A program made the position numbers and the translations under genes. Source: Iphione sp. A-MEVVRFRX5 (Eukaryota). Taken from it: 64,000 nucleotides of DNA. Where the stretch lies: NCBI GenBank assembly GCA_976226885.1, contig OZ320314.1:34162001-34226000 (forward strand), written 5' to 3'. The notes under the pieces are model-generated. The model was not told the origin of the DNA. It worked only from the letters and a program-made list of their open reading frames with translations, and did no database searches. Shown here in pieces: positions 14,402-27,446 of this stretch (the first letter of the stretch is position 1; each line of letters opens with the position of its first letter).

Positions 14402-17400
14402 CTATAAAGTAAAGAAGCGATGGTAACTGAGTGCATAAATCTTGACTAGTTTTATAAGCATTCTATCAGTATTCATTTTTTGTATAAGAACAAAACTAAG
14501 CCCCCCTCCCAATCCCCACCTGAAGTCCAACACGATTTGACATTAAACTTCTGTGATGGTTAAAAGGGCCTACAAGTTCATGCAAAGCGTTTTGTTTTTC
14601 TCGTCTGGGTTTTCGCATAACAAGATAGGCGGATGCGGTGTCTTGCGCTCAAGTGCTTTTTGGAAAGCCCTGCCTCTCCTTTGGACAGTGACATATGTCC
14701 CTTCATAGACCCCCTACACGCTCAGGCCAATTGGCACCGGAGGTTTTAGTAATGATGATACGCGGCTGCTGGGCCAGGCGCCGGGCCCTCCAGGACCTCC
14801 TCCTCTCCAGCGCGCGGCACCTGCCTCCTCGCTGGCCTGCTTGCCGCCGCCGGCGAATGTCGAACAAGGCCCAGCACAACCCCGAGTGGTACAGAAGTGT
14901 GCATCTGAGCAACAGCCACTGCCGCTAGGGGGCAGTGAATACCTCAAGGCATCGGCCGACGACGGCGTTTGGCCGCAAGTTAACTGTGGGAAGCCTTTTT
15001 GACGTTAAGAGTCAACACAACCGCCCCTGCCACCACCAGCACCGCCGCCACCACAACCACTACCACCTCCATCGCCGCCAACCCCTTTACGTTAGTCAGA
15101 CACACTGAGAAACTCCTCTTGCAAAAATACACGACAACACATCTCTTAAATTGTGGGCGATGCTTTCATCAACACAGAAACACATGATGCAAAAAGTCAA
15201 TGATAAGAAAACGCTGGTGTTACTCATTCGGGAGAGTGTGAATTGCATTTTTTTCGACTAAAGTGACATTATATAGGCGTATATTGCGTACTTTTTGTTA
15301 CTATGGCTTAGTTTCATATTAGTTCAAAGTTCCATGAAATAATATATCAAGTGTTATAGTTCTACGCATAGGTGAAACGCTATGAGCTTCTAAATGCTCG
15401 AAGTATAAAAAAAAATAGAAAAAGAAGGGAGGAAAAAACCCAACCCCAGCAGGCTAGATACATGTACCGAGTGGAAGAGAATCGCTTTGTGAGTGGCGTA
15501 TGCAGCCGGAGGTCGAAGCACACACCTTGTAGCTATTATGACTCGCCGCATACGTTTAGCTCTGTTTTCAGGGACACGGCTATAGAGGAGGTAGAGGAGT
15601 AGGACTGACGACGGTTCTCATCAGAAGACCTGGTCAGACCTCCAACAGGGTCCAATGTAGTAAAGCTGTCTAAGCCACAGATTTACGTGCTACTGGGAGT
15701 CCCGACGTTCTCGTTGCCACCCCTTCTGCTTAGGATAACCAGTTTACGGTATAAACGCCCTGTCACAATTTTGTTGCAGAAAGGGAGTCTGTACTAAGTG
15801 CAGGATGTAAGACATGTGCCATGTGGCCTGTGTCTGTTTTATCCGTGTCAGGTATATAGATGGCATTGTATACGGTTTGCATGCCACCTATGAAAATAAA
15901 GGGCATTAGGACAATAGTCGTGCTGAATTAAAACACTTATCAGTCTCCTTGTTTTGCTGCATTTTACAACCATGGAACTCTGCATGAGAAGTGCAGGTAA
16001 CAGTACCAACAGAACATAAGCTCATTTATTTCCCAACCAACATGCGCATTAACTGCCAAAAGTCATCAACGTGGGTGAAGTTCAAGGACCGAGGGTCTGC
16101 ATGAGATCATGGCTATGACGATGACAGCTCGTCCTCTTCCTGACTTTTACATACGACGGGTTACGAATTCACAGGTAAAATAATCCCTTCTGTCAGAAAA
16201 CCAACGCTGGGAAGCACCACTGTGCCACTTACATCGACCAAGTTATAAGTTTATGGACACTATGACCGACTGATAGGCCATATTGCCTTCACATTAATGA
16301 ATAGACCCACAGCAGGTTTATATATTTAACTAACCCAAATTCTTCAGTGCTGTATAGCCTTTTTGTCTGTGTGTCCCAAATGTAGGACTGATGTTGATAT
16401 AAATTCAGATTACAAATAGGACCTACTTAGAATTCAAAACGTTGTTCATCATACCTGATTTAGTCATATTCCCAGACGAAACCGCAGCCTTTGATCACGA
16501 AAGGTACAACGCAGACGACAATTTCTCGACGAAGGTCCGTAATTACATTACATACAAGTATTGAAATCTGGCCGTCAGAGCTTCATGAAGGAAACGGGTT
16601 CAAACGAGTTCAGTTCTACGACAGGTTTTAACATAAGTGGTGCCTATTGCAAGCTGTCCGTTGCTAACCAGCGTACGTTGGCAGTGACGATTAGGTAGGC
16701 GAACCTTGTAGACGCGAACATTCACAAATCCTATTCGGCATATACTGATGGGATATACATATGCAATGTACATGTACGTTTAGAATCCGACATTTGTTAA
16801 CATGTACCGGCATACACTGGCCTCTGTGAAGCTTGAATTGGAGCTACACAAATGAACGAAGCATTGTCTACATCATCATATTAAATGCACACTGTTTTAT
16901 ACTAAAACGGGTACTTAGGCATGTCACCTGAATGTAAAATGTTACTTACATCACTCGCATCAATTTCGATCAGCAGGTTTTTGGTAGCATAAAGAGTAGG
17001 ATGAGCCCATGGCGACGGTTCTAGCCAATGGCGGTTCAGGTCGAATCCCATAAGAGAGCATCTGCACAACAAAAGGTACACAATATGCATATTTCCGAAC
17101 AAGAGTGTCACAATGTCAAAAAAAGCAACCTGATTATAGCCGAACTGTGGGCAAATACTTAACGTAGGTGAACATATATCTTTCACTCGTAATGCACGAT
17201 TTAAGAGCAGTACGATTTTGGTAGGCTAACGCTGCCTTCGCCCTTGGAAGACAAGCATACTGCAGAAAAAGACACTATTTATCATAAAGACTCGCCCAGA
17301 GGTGTGTCATTATTAGTATAACCTTTCGGGTGCCTACCATGCACCCTTAGTCCGGAGTTTACTGTGAAAACATATGCTGATCCTGGCCATACCTCACCAG

Positions 17401-20400
17401 CCAAGAGGTAATGTTCTCTATAGGCTTTCTGGTAGCACATGTAAATACCATTTACTACCGAGAGGTACCGACAGTTTTTACTGGACGAAAACATAGTACT
17501 GCTTAAATTATACCATGAGCAAAATAGAGCTAGTTCACACGACCTTACTCCAGAGGAGTGACATCGTCTTTCGTTCTAATGTGAAAGCTATGACCTATTT
17601 ACGTCATGTATATGGTTTACGAGTCAACAAAAATGGACCGAGCAGTATTTATATACTATGAAAACTCACCTGTAGTTTCCAAGGTAAACTCCATCTGGAT
17701 TTAGCATTGGCACTATCTTAAAGACAAGATGGTCTCGCAGGAGCTTTGCAATTGGATGATTGCTTATAAGAAAATCCATGATGCCTGGTGGGGGAAACGG
17801 TGGAAGTTAATAGTTTTTACAAATTAAGCAGACAGTTTGTCGACAATCTTAATTTTTACTGTTTTATGTTAAATTTACAGTGAGCAAGTCAGGTTATTTG
17901 GCTATATTTGCACTGCCAAGAGCTATGCTATCGTTGCAAACATACATACCGTAAAATATAAATCATTTTTTAACGGTTTAAGAAAATAAGAGTCACAAAC
18001 GCTAATAATAGTGCAAAGCCTCAGGAAATGGTTAATTTACCTTGGCAGACATAGGATGAAGGAGTTTCACCAGGATGAACACGCGCTGTCAGAAAAATGA
18101 TTTTCTGCACTTTGTCTTCATTTTCCAAGTTTTCAGGGTTAGTGATGGTTATCAAGTCTAGTCTCCTCTGTTGCTGCAAAACCAAGAAACGTTTCTCTGA
18201 AGCCACACTCACATTACAGACGGGAGCATTATGGCCTACAGTTTTACCTCGAAAAAGGTTATTTAACCTGGCTTCTCTCTTTTCTTTCGTCTAAGTTAAG
18301 TTGGTCCATGCCAAATAATATTTAACCTGAGACAGATGCTTCTCTCGAATCGAAAAGGCAAGACACATGACACTTACCACGCTCAAACAGAGAAGCTCCC
18401 TCTGAAAATAATCCATGTTTCTTTTTTCAAGTGAATCCAGGTAGTTTTGCAAGCGGGTGTAGGAATAAGGATAGCAGTAGCTGAACTGGTACACATCATC
18501 TTCCCGGTCAAAGCAGAAGACAAAGGACATGACGTAGTTCTTCCTGTGGTCTGGACATCGATAGTAGTATACATGTTTTGGAGGGATCCGCACCCTGTTG
18601 AAGACAAGGAAACACAAGATGAAGCAGTTTGAGTGGTGGTTTACTGTTTGCTTGATAGTCAACTTGTTCGTGATTATGCCATAAATCATAACAACCGTGC
18701 ATTTAAATGAAATGATTTATTCTCTTCAGATGACTACTGCTGTTATCGGATCGTTCCTGCAAGACTTGAACCATCAACAAGTCCTAACGTATGCGACGGG
18801 CCTGCCAGCCTCCGCCGAGCTCTACCTGAAGGGAGCATCAGCCTTCACCGGTTACACACTGCCTGCGGCCACCCTACCTGACACAACCGGTCACGCACAG
18901 ATGAGCACAATCTACGACACACTGTCGATGCAGCCCATGCAGCCCATGCACGCCACCTCAGTTGCATCAGCGGCAGCATTGGCCGGCCATCACTTGATCA
19001 CAGATCCAACTCAACACATGCTCAGTCAAACCGTCACCACACCGTCAGACCATTCAGCTGCACACCACTCGGTAGCAGCTCTGGCAGCGCAACATCAATT
19101 CGAACAGGTAAGTGCATGATGCGCATGTAATGAAACGCTTCAGCAGGGTAGTGGCAACAGACACAATGGGCGGGGGCTGGTGGGGGGGGGGGGGGGCAGG
19201 AAGCTGGGCGGGAGATGCCCTGGGAATGAACCAGAAACGTTTCATTTTGTTGATGTCTAACTTCTATAATTGGGACTAGGATGAGTACCGTTGCATCCAA
19301 CTTGAAACTGGACGACTAAGCCATGCAACTCAGCCTTTGATGGAAATGTAAGGCGCAGTTTCGCATTATATTTTCGAGGTTTTTACCTTTTGTAGGGTTC
19401 ATGTTCTTGTTCAGTCGTCATGGCTGAAATCTGGACTGGCAATGACAAAAAGCTGACCTGTCCTGTTTCAAGACAGGTCTTGGTTTAACAGCATTTTCAA
19501 TGTTTGAGGCATCGTACCGATGAAACCCGGGGACCAAAATAGTAGGCCTATTTCTCTTCAAGTCCCAATAGTTCATTTTTCCCCATCGCAGTTGTTGGGC
19601 GTGGTGGTTAGAAGCCTAGATAGAAAAGTATATCTTTCAATGGGATCTAGGCAATAGTTTCTAGTTCCTCTACCCGACACTAGGAGGCTGTGGTGTGGAT
19701 TGGTAGTTGGATGGGAAACCCGGATTGTAACCCTCCCACGTATAAGTGATAACTAGCTGTTTCGTCGGGACACGTCTGGGTTAGAACTGGCCACTTCAAC
19801 AAGTGTAGTGCAAGTGTGAATGTCCTGATGTGTGATATCTGTATAGATCTCCAGAATGTATGAACACGCGTTTTTTTTTGTGAAGTTAACAACTGAAATC
19901 GACTTCTGCTGTAGTCTACATAGAATGGTGGTGAAAATCTCTCTCAAAAATAGCTACTTTGACCACAAATGAAACCGTTTTCTCAACATCTTTTCATTCG
20001 GTAACTAGACAAAATGTGATGAGGTAAGGCATGTAACAGATCCACTTGATCCATGGAGGAGGTGACAAGCCTCTTCACTATATAGGATAGCCGTATTTCT
20101 CATATGATCTCCGGCCCTCAGCCCTCTTAGTGAAAACCAATAGGCTTCCATCAATCTAATTGGTTTTTAGAAAAACGAATGCTCCGACCACAAGTGAACA
20201 AGTTCCCCAACTACAGACCTAGGCACAGGATGCAGGAAATGAGACTGACACCCAGATCTAGGCTCAGTTTCTCAGTGTTAACTTCATCATCAGGACTTAT
20301 TTATGCTAGGACCCTAACTTTCCACACACTGGTGTTAGTATAAAATGTAGTGAAGCATATTAGATGGAAGGGTTGGTATCTCTCATGTACAACTCATGAG

Positions 20401-23400
20401 GCTAAGCTCAGGTGCAGTCGTTCAGGTGTCATCCTGCAAAGACAGGGAAAGACATAGCTTCCCTGTGGCTGGAAAACAGCTTCTCGGCGGGACTCTGCAG
20501 TAGCCTATTTGTGAAAAAATAGTTTATTTTTATACGCATTACTGGGAATATGAGAAAAAAAGGTGGGAAGCCGACGGTACTAGAAGTATCTAGAGTAGGA
20601 AGTTCCCTGCCGATTGGCCTGGCAGGTAGGTACACAGTTTCGGCTGTCTCATCAGACGCTTTAGATAACAAGAGAGGAGGAACTTGTGTGGTCACCAATG
20701 GATAGTTGAACGAGCAAGTAGGCCTAACGAGAAGTCTGTCAATTGGCTTATTCATTATGTTATTTTTACTTCATGGGTGGCTAGTCTCTCTAGTTTGGTG
20801 GGGAGATATGTTCACATGTTGATGATATGTCTACTGTTAGATGAAAGCCACGGGAAATGTCAGACATGTCAAAAAATTGATATGGGAAGGATCTATTCTC
20901 CAAAGTCTGCATAGCAATTTAGTTCCCATCAGTAGGCCTATAGCATTGAGAACAAATGATAATAGACCTACGATTTTTGTGTTACAGTGACATATATTTT
21001 ACCCAACTGGGTGGGGCGTGGCCTTTTGCCATAGTGGGCCTAACTAACACTCTGGGCATGGGTATTGAAAGGCCTACCTTGCCAAACAGCTTCCACATGG
21101 CAGAACTCACAAACAGAAGATAGAGGGTTTGATTTCTCCATCCACTAAAGGAAAGCTATAATAGAAGAAAATGGTTTGGCATGTGTGTAGCTAACATTAA
21201 GGATTACTTAAGGATCACTCGCTCAAATTTTGAGATTTTTATGGAGAAGTTACAGAATGACAGCAGTAGAAAGTTGGAGCTTTTATAGTAGAATTTAGTG
21301 CTGACTGTCACTTGAATGTCGAGGCAGCATGTAAGTAGGTCATATTCACACACAACATCTAGTATCAATGGGTAGGTCCTTCGGGTTAGAAGTCTCTGGT
21401 TCCGTTTATGTTCGACATATATAAGTTCTTTTGGTCTGTTGGGGTGGCTGTGGGTTCCATAGACCTAAGTGCGTGTAGGATGTAATGAATTCAGGCTAAT
21501 GCGATTCCAGCCATGGTGGTCAGAATTGAAATGGCTACTTCATGCTCTAGTCTACTGTGAATGATACCACAGAATTGAGCTGATATGTCCCTTCAATCTG
21601 TTCTTGATTTGGGTGACATGCAATATACATGTACACTGCACATATAGACTTGCTGTCTTATTCAAATCAACTTATCAAGGTATCAAGTTCCATGACATTT
21701 TAGATTCAAGTTATTTCATTGAAATGATCTCCCTGGTTAAGTACAGCATGAAGTTGTAAATCAGCTTTAATGGTAAATTGACCTAAACAAGGCAAATATG
21801 GTTGATGAGTGTTGTAACACAGAAAGGAAGAGATTTTTAAGTGGTGCACTACCTACTTTGTTTGTTTACAAATTGGCGTAGGGAAATACACACTTAATTC
21901 CTTAAGAGCTTTCCCCATGGCCAGAAGTAGGAACTTTCAGGCAACGTTTCATATATGTAGTGTAATCATAGGTATTTACGTTCAATATATTTTATCTAAA
22001 CTCTAACAGTGCATGGTCATTTTGGCCATATTCAGTAATGCAAAAATATAGAAAATGCACTTCCTGCCATATTATATGGCAATATAATAATAGTCACAAA
22101 ATAAAATTGTTAAAAAATGTTAACTGGGATATGATTTGATACAAAAGAACCTAAAAGTAGGATTCCCAGAACTGTCCCATAGCCCTGATTGAATGGATGC
22201 ATATATATGTACATGCATGTAAAAACTCTACATGAATGCATGATCTTTTCATTTATAACATTAAGGCGATTTTTTTTACATAATACTTAAATCTGCTTTT
22301 TTTTTATTAAAACAATTACGACTCGAAAGGCACATACATGTACTTTTGTATATCCTTCCCTACTAATTATTTAAAAAAAAAAACCCTTACTACTAATTAA
22401 TTATCTCGCACATCTAGTATTTGGCGCCAGCACCTTTGCGAACCTGGTGCAGTGCCAACAATGTAGCTAGAGATGGCCTGGGAGTGGCGACGTTCTGTCC
22501 GTCTTAAACCTACTGCCTGCTTTTGATTGGCTCCTCAGAACGTATAAAAGAGCCACAATCGACATCATCGATCATTTCCTTTGTGCAACGAGTATGTTAT
22601 ATTAGATATTTAACGGCTAGCTGCATCTTCTTCTTCGTTAGTTTTATATCTGACTTAATTTTCAGGATATTTGATCCGTTTCCTTGGTGATAATATTTTG
22701 ATTCACGAGTCGAATAGTTTAATAGTCGTTGTTATTCAAGAAACACATAAAAATGATGGACATAGTGGATAGTGTTCGGGGACAGCTTGACGGCTGGACA
22801 CGTCTTCAGGAGCAGTCATCTCTATCTTTGAAGGTAAAGGCTAGTAAATTTCTGTTGAACAATCGTTTTTCCCCCTGAGAGTTCATAATATGAAATTAAA
22901 GAGATAAGGTGAATTTTTACAAACGATTCCAGCAACGATGTGACGGAACGTATGAAAAATCCAGTGGAAAAAGGCACGATGAAAAGTCCATGATTTTACT
23001 TTGAAGCTTAGGTTGTTTCCCCATTTCGGGCTTTGAAGACATTGCCTTTAAAAAAAATCATAATGAAGGTTAGCTTACCATTTTGGCCTGCTGGAAGATT
23101 TTACCATCGGTGACATTCCGTCGCGGTATAACGACTTTGTTTTACTGAAGTTGACCACATTGAAGATAACCCTCTGAAAACAGAAATGTTTCAAGAAAAG
23201 TTGCAATTTAGCTAAAACACACAAAAAAGAACCTCAAATAACCGCTTCAGAAGCAAAAGATTTCAAGACGTGCCACTGATTTTGCACTGACATGACATCA
23301 TCACGCTGCGACATTTCCCGCGATAAAAGGTTCCGTTTTCAAGACGCGCTTTAAACGGTCTTGATCCGTACGCATATACGAAATTAGAGCTGATATATGT

Positions 23401-26400
23401 TCCTTCCTCTATCAAGGTATGAATAATATTTATTTGAATGAGAAAGTATAAGTTTTTTTCTTCTTGTTTGCTTATTTTGTTTAATGTATACGTGCGATGT
23501 CGTTACATCTTGGATCGACTTCGTAAGGTAGTGCCTGTTAATGCGGGAGAAAAAATGACGTTGGCCCTACACGTGGGTCATTTTTTTTGTGGCCCAGCTG
23601 TCTGATATGCTACTATCAGTGCTAGCTCGCTTAACATTTAATCCCATGATATTTTGTCCTGTGTGTGTAGGAGGCTATAGGGCTCTTCACCTTGCAACCA
23701 AAAATTCTTACTATTTTGTTCTATCTGGCCTGCTATGGACCCATCGGAGGCCTTTACAACGCCCCATGTTTGACCTTTTCGGAAAGGATGTGGCTTGTTG
23801 CTGTAGTAGCAGCCAGTGAGAGCAAGGGGCACCAGAAGGCTGCCTTGATAAACAAATTGCATGTAGAGGATGTACCAAATAGTCATATATAGCATGGTCT
23901 TTCTCTGGCCAGCCTTCATAAAGTGTAACCAGGAGGAGAAATAGTTAAGCGCATGTATAAATAACATATTAAGGAATAGTTTGTCCAATGGTCCATTTCC
24001 CTCACATGAGAGGGTGCAGCGGCAGGTGACCCAGTCACAGGCTGTCTCAACATTCCAGCGACAGTCTGCACTGCTATCTGAAAAGCTCTTACTTTCAACT
24101 GTTGAAGCCCAGTGGGTCCTGCGCAGAAATTTCTCAACATTTGAGTGAATAATTTTTGATATGTTAGCTACATGTATGCTAAACCATTTCTCCCTACCTT
24201 TTATAGTATTTCCATAGTGGCCTGAGAAAGATCACCCTCAATCTTCAGTTTAGCAGACCTGCCACATGTTGTTTGTAGAGGCAGGGCTTTCCTGCTCTGT
24301 GTCCTGATTGGCTATATCTGGGTCACTGGCAAAAGATACATCATTGTAACGGGCCTAGGTGAAGGGACTATTTGTATGAGTATGCGCAGAACTGACAATA
24401 CTACAGCAGTGGAAAGTAGGGATGTTTAAGGCCGGTTTCCTTGTGCACAGTGTGTCACGGAGTGTTGCTCAAGGGAGCTTAAAACTAAATAGTTCATATT
24501 TGCATATGTCATCTGGTGTGAATGAATGGGTCAATTGTTTCATGTTAGTTACCTGCATTTCGACCCCAATAGGTAAGGGGTTCAGATTAAAAACAGGTGT
24601 TGTATATTTGTCTGCATTTAATGAAGCAGAAAAGTATATTTTCTGTACATTGTCCCAAGGTTTAACACCCAAAGTCGAGGGCTGATAGGCAGGAGCTGAA
24701 GTCGAGGGCTGATAGGCAGGAGCTGAGAGAACAGAAAACGAACTTAACCACTGTTCTAATGCTCAGCATTATTAAATGCGTACTTTGAATAATAATTTAA
24801 ATTAAATGGGTACCTTTATGGGGGATTTTTGTTGTAAAACTGTTTGTCATTGTGACTTCTGGTTTAATAAGCATGTGCAGTGTGTTCAAACTTTGTTCAT
24901 TTCCTGTATGCGAGATGATTTATTTAGGAAGTTAATATAAACATTACAATATCTTAATTATATCATTCTAATTGTTTTTGTTATGCCTCTAGCAAGAAAG
25001 CAATGCTGTTTATTCTCAAAAGGAATGAAAAAATATCATGTATCAGGTTACAGATATAGGTATACCTCTGAGGGAATTCTGCGAGAACAAAACGCTTTTA
25101 TAACAAAATTGGTCTTCTGTTAAAACTTTGTGGTCACAAGCCACTTTTGCGAACCTTTTTCAGAGGAATCTGCTGGAAAGGAAGAGATCAACTGCAGACA
25201 TAGTTCTACTATTATAGATGGTATTTCAATACAGTAGGAACCTGTTGACTGGACCAAACTAGGGACTGGACAATTTTGGTCTCTCCCATAGTTTGATTAT
25301 CTATACACTTGTTTGGGATTTCTTAGTTGAATCTTCCATGTGATCTGGTCTCTAACAGCCTTCGCTGTAATTATCAAGTCAAAATTCTTGAAAATGTATA
25401 GATAAATAATGAACATGTAGAGATAAATAATGCCTTTGACAATGAAGTGATTTTACGGAACATATCTATTTTGTCAACGGATCTATACAGTTTAGGCCCA
25501 GTTAAAGACCAAATCACAGGGGGAACCAAACTGGGAGAGAGACTAAGTTTCAAGTCCCAAATAAGCTTAATGAGTACATATACATGTATTTAGAATGAGA
25601 AAATCTTTGGAGAGACCAGTCCCTAGCTGTCACACTGTGGGTTTCTGTTTATTCTAGGCAAAAAAATTAGGTGTTTCTGGTCACCAACCCCTACCAAGTA
25701 AAACCCTACCCTACCTAAAAAAATGTTTTGGCCCTGAAGAGTTTCCAAGGCTGAATTTCCTTAGATATGTGTTTTCACAGCACATTTTTTGGGTAAATTC
25801 AGCAATAAAACAACAGAATCCATAGAAATTCAGCAAAGAACTGTAAAACTCATGCAAATTGGAAAAAAATTAAAAAAAGATACCTCCCTCCCTGCCTAGG
25901 TTTTTGGCTGGTTGTTACCAGAAACACACCTTTTTTTTGCCTTGTAGTGTACGTATAGCATGTTGTCCTCAGGATTGGTCGTGTAAAGAAATTAATTTCA
26001 TACATACACTTTGTGCTTTGAATTTAGTCGAAAATTTGCTTACCTGATCTGTTTTAACATTTTCCACTGTGAAGTTAAACCACACTCTAAAGCGTGGATT
26101 ACACGTATCCGGTCTGATGAATAGATCATATTCATATTCTGTTATGTAGTCAACTCTGCCTAGATTACCTGTAACATGATACAATTAATTTCAGTGAGAC
26201 TTCTTTTTGATAAAGCATAGCCTAATATGAATATAAAATAAGTAAAAATCGCACTGTATGTTCTGAGAGAAAGTTACAGACAAGTCTCCAGAGTTTTTTT
26301 ACGTGAGAATATCTTTCATTAGGATTTGCTTGTAACAAATGATGAAACCAAAAAATTACCACTTTCGAAGCAGGCGTCAAAGATAAGGTGGCCCTTCTTT

Positions 26401-27446
26401 GGTCGACCCGTGTAACCAGGAGGTACGACAGCAAATTTGTTAACATTGCCGACCACTGGTTCCTCAACACTTTCCGTATCGCTTCCTAGCAGGAACAAAG
26501 ACAAACTGACGTACAAATATACATCTACATTACGTTTTACTCACATCTAATAAACAGATACATACAAATATATATTTCTGGTTATCTCAAGCTTTGCAAG
26601 ATAATCACCCTTTTTGTTCATTGAACTAGACCTAAGGAAAAGGGTGGTCAACATTTAAGACGGTGGCAGTCTTGATCTGATCATTTCTAGTCTACATAAG
26701 AGATCATGTGTCTTTCTTCCAATCTTATATTTTACAAAAGCACGTCTTTAAAAGGTTTAGCGAAAAGATCTGTCCAGAAACATAGAATGAATGACTAGTT
26801 GGAATTATGTCCAGTCGTCATAGCAGAGGATAGAGCTCATCTTACTGCTCAAAAGATAATTGGGAAAAAAGAGAACCTTATTATTTGTACATCCACCCAA
26901 AATAAGTATTTGGATACCAATGAGCTTTCTTTAAAACATGACAAGTTCACTTCTAGTGTTACAGTAGTTTGTAGAGTTTGTTCATAATATTATGTTGCAA
27001 CAAAAATCATAGATTGACAATGGTCATGTCATAGTGCTGTTAGATTGAGGTGTAGGGTGGATGTTTCGGACACCAATAATGAGTGTAGTTCGTCAATACA
27101 AAAGAAAACAAAAAAAAAACCAGAAAATTAGGGGACCGCGGTTGAAAGGGGTCTCAGATGCATGAGACATGTTCATTCAATCCGTCAGGGGTCTCCTCAG
27201 TACAAGTCTAAACAGAGTACTGATCCGAATCAATCGTATCACTTGATTTGTTTACAAGTACACGGATAAAAACCTCGATTTCTAATCTATTCGATATAAC
27301 CAAATTACATCACATTTGTTCAAAGTACGTCCCCATTCAAGATAAAGAAAGTGTGCTTTCGTTGAGTTTAATGGACAGGGCCGACCCGGGAAAGTAGAGT
27401 GCTAAGCAACTGTAAACAAACCTGAATCGTTCTTCTTGTCCGCCAT
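14199..27446 (-). CDS. AGBL4: AGBL4/CCP6 cytosolic carboxypeptidase (M14D family), multi-exon gene, 3' part incomplete in this window
   Basis: Nine exons with GT-AG boundaries and matching phases join into MADKKNDSGSDTESVEEPVVGNVNKFAVVPPGYTGRPKKGHLIFDACFESGNLGRVD...RVHPGETPSS...NPDGVYLGNYRCSLMGFDLNRHW...FYIDIHAHSTMMNGFMYGN...DAVKAGTGRR. This closely matches vertebrate AGBL4/CCP6 as I recall it, including the zinc-ligand HPGE and HAHS motifs. Confidence 0.95.
14920..14938 (+). promoter_or_regulatory. CTCF-like motif
   Basis: TGCCGCTAGGGGGCAGTG closely fits the CTCF core; a similar GTCGCTAGGGGGCGGC lies at 3630-3645. Motif match only. Confidence 0.35.
16950..17061 (-). CDS. AGBL4: AGBL4 exon 8 (CSLMGFDLNRHWLEPSPWAHPTLYATKNLLIEIDASD)
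   Basis: ttgttgtgcag| acceptor, GAT|gtaagt donor, 112 nt. Confidence 0.96.
17670..17784 (-). CDS. AGBL4: AGBL4 exon 7 (GIMDFLISNHPIAKLLRDHLVFKIVPMLNPDGVYLGNYR)
   Basis: Manual translation; tttcccccaccag| acceptor, CAG|gtgagt donor, 115 nt. Confidence 0.96.
18041..18173 (-). CDS. AGBL4: AGBL4 exon 6 (QQRRLDLITITNPEN...FLTARVHPGETPSSYVCQ), zinc-binding HPGE
   Basis: ttttgcag| acceptor, AAG|gtaaat donor, 133 nt. Confidence 0.96.
18378..18594 (-). CDS. AGBL4: AGBL4 exon 5 (VRIPPKHVYYYRCPDHRKNYVMSFVFCFDREDDVYQFSYCYPYSYTRLQNYLDSLEKRNMDYFQRELLCLSV)
   Basis: tcttcaacag| acceptor, GTG|gtaagt donor, 217 nt. Confidence 0.96.
18730..19107 (+). CDS. 126-codon exon (MTTAVIGSFLQDLNHQQVLTYATGLPASAELYLKG...AAQHQFEQ) inside AGBL4 intron 4, probably an alternative N-terminal exon of elav
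   Basis: ttattctcttcag|ATG at the start, CAG|gtaagt at the end, exactly 378 nt, coding-like codon use. Its phase-0 end fits the phase-0 ELAV acceptor at 34154. The assignment to elav is inferred. Confidence 0.7.
22526..22580 (+). promoter_or_regulatory. Core promoter: CCAAT box, TATA box, Inr
   Basis: ATTGG at 22526-22530, TATAAAAG at 22543-22550, TCATTTC Inr with its A at 22574 (31 bp after the TATA start). Confidence 0.65.
22753..22833 (+). CDS. elav: Candidate alternative first coding exon of elav (MMDIVDSVRGQLDGWTRLQEQSSLSLK)
   Basis: aaaATG downstream of the TATA/Inr promoter; 81 nt ending in phase 0 at AAG|gtaaag. Confidence 0.55.
23079..23173 (-). CDS. AGBL4: AGBL4 exon 4 (RVIFNVVNFSKTKSLYRDGMSPMVKSSSRPKW)
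   Basis: Not in the ORF track; found by manual translation. ctgttttcag| acceptor, TG|gtaagc donor, 95 nt. Confidence 0.95.
24672..24725. repeat. Perfect tandem duplication of 27 bp
   Basis: AAGTCGAGGGCTGATAGGCAGGAGCTG x2. Confidence 0.9.
25251..25626. repeat. Degenerate inverted-repeat remnant
   Basis: CTAGGGACTGG...GGTCTCTCC (25259-25286) is complementary to GGAGAGACCAGTCCCTAG (25609-25626); a related CAAACTGGGAGAGAGAC lies near 25527. Confidence 0.4.
25656..25942. mobile_element. Non-autonomous DNA transposon (MITE-like), about 290 bp, in AGBL4 intron 3
   Basis: Imperfect terminal inverted repeats: AGGCAAAAAAATTAGGTGTTTCTGGTCACCAACC on the left and GGTTGTTACCAGAAACACACCTTTTTTTTGCCT on the right; no ORF; TSD not preserved. 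Confidence 0.65.
26044..26168 (-). CDS. AGBL4: AGBL4 exon 3 (GNLGRVDYITEYEYDLFIRPDTCNPRFRVWFNFTVENVKTDQ)
   Basis: ttacag| acceptor, CAG|gtaagc donor, 125 nt. Confidence 0.96.
26360..26485 (-). CDS. AGBL4: AGBL4 exon 2 (SDTESVEEPVVGNVNKFAVVPPGYTGRPKKGHLIFDACFES)
   Basis: ctgctag| acceptor, G|gtaatt donor, 126 nt, phase 1-1. Confidence 0.93.

Noticed and set aside
14709-15002. 97-codon ATG-less Pro/Ala-rich plus-strand frame after a cttcatag acceptor-like site
   Set aside because: No convincing donor before the stop and no recognisable domain; long open frames are expected in GC-rich DNA.
16109-16174. ATG...CAG|gtaaaa phase-0 mini-ORF (MAMTMTARPLPDFYIRRVTNSQ) as another elav first exon
   Set aside because: No promoter support; ATG-to-GT phase matches occur often by chance.
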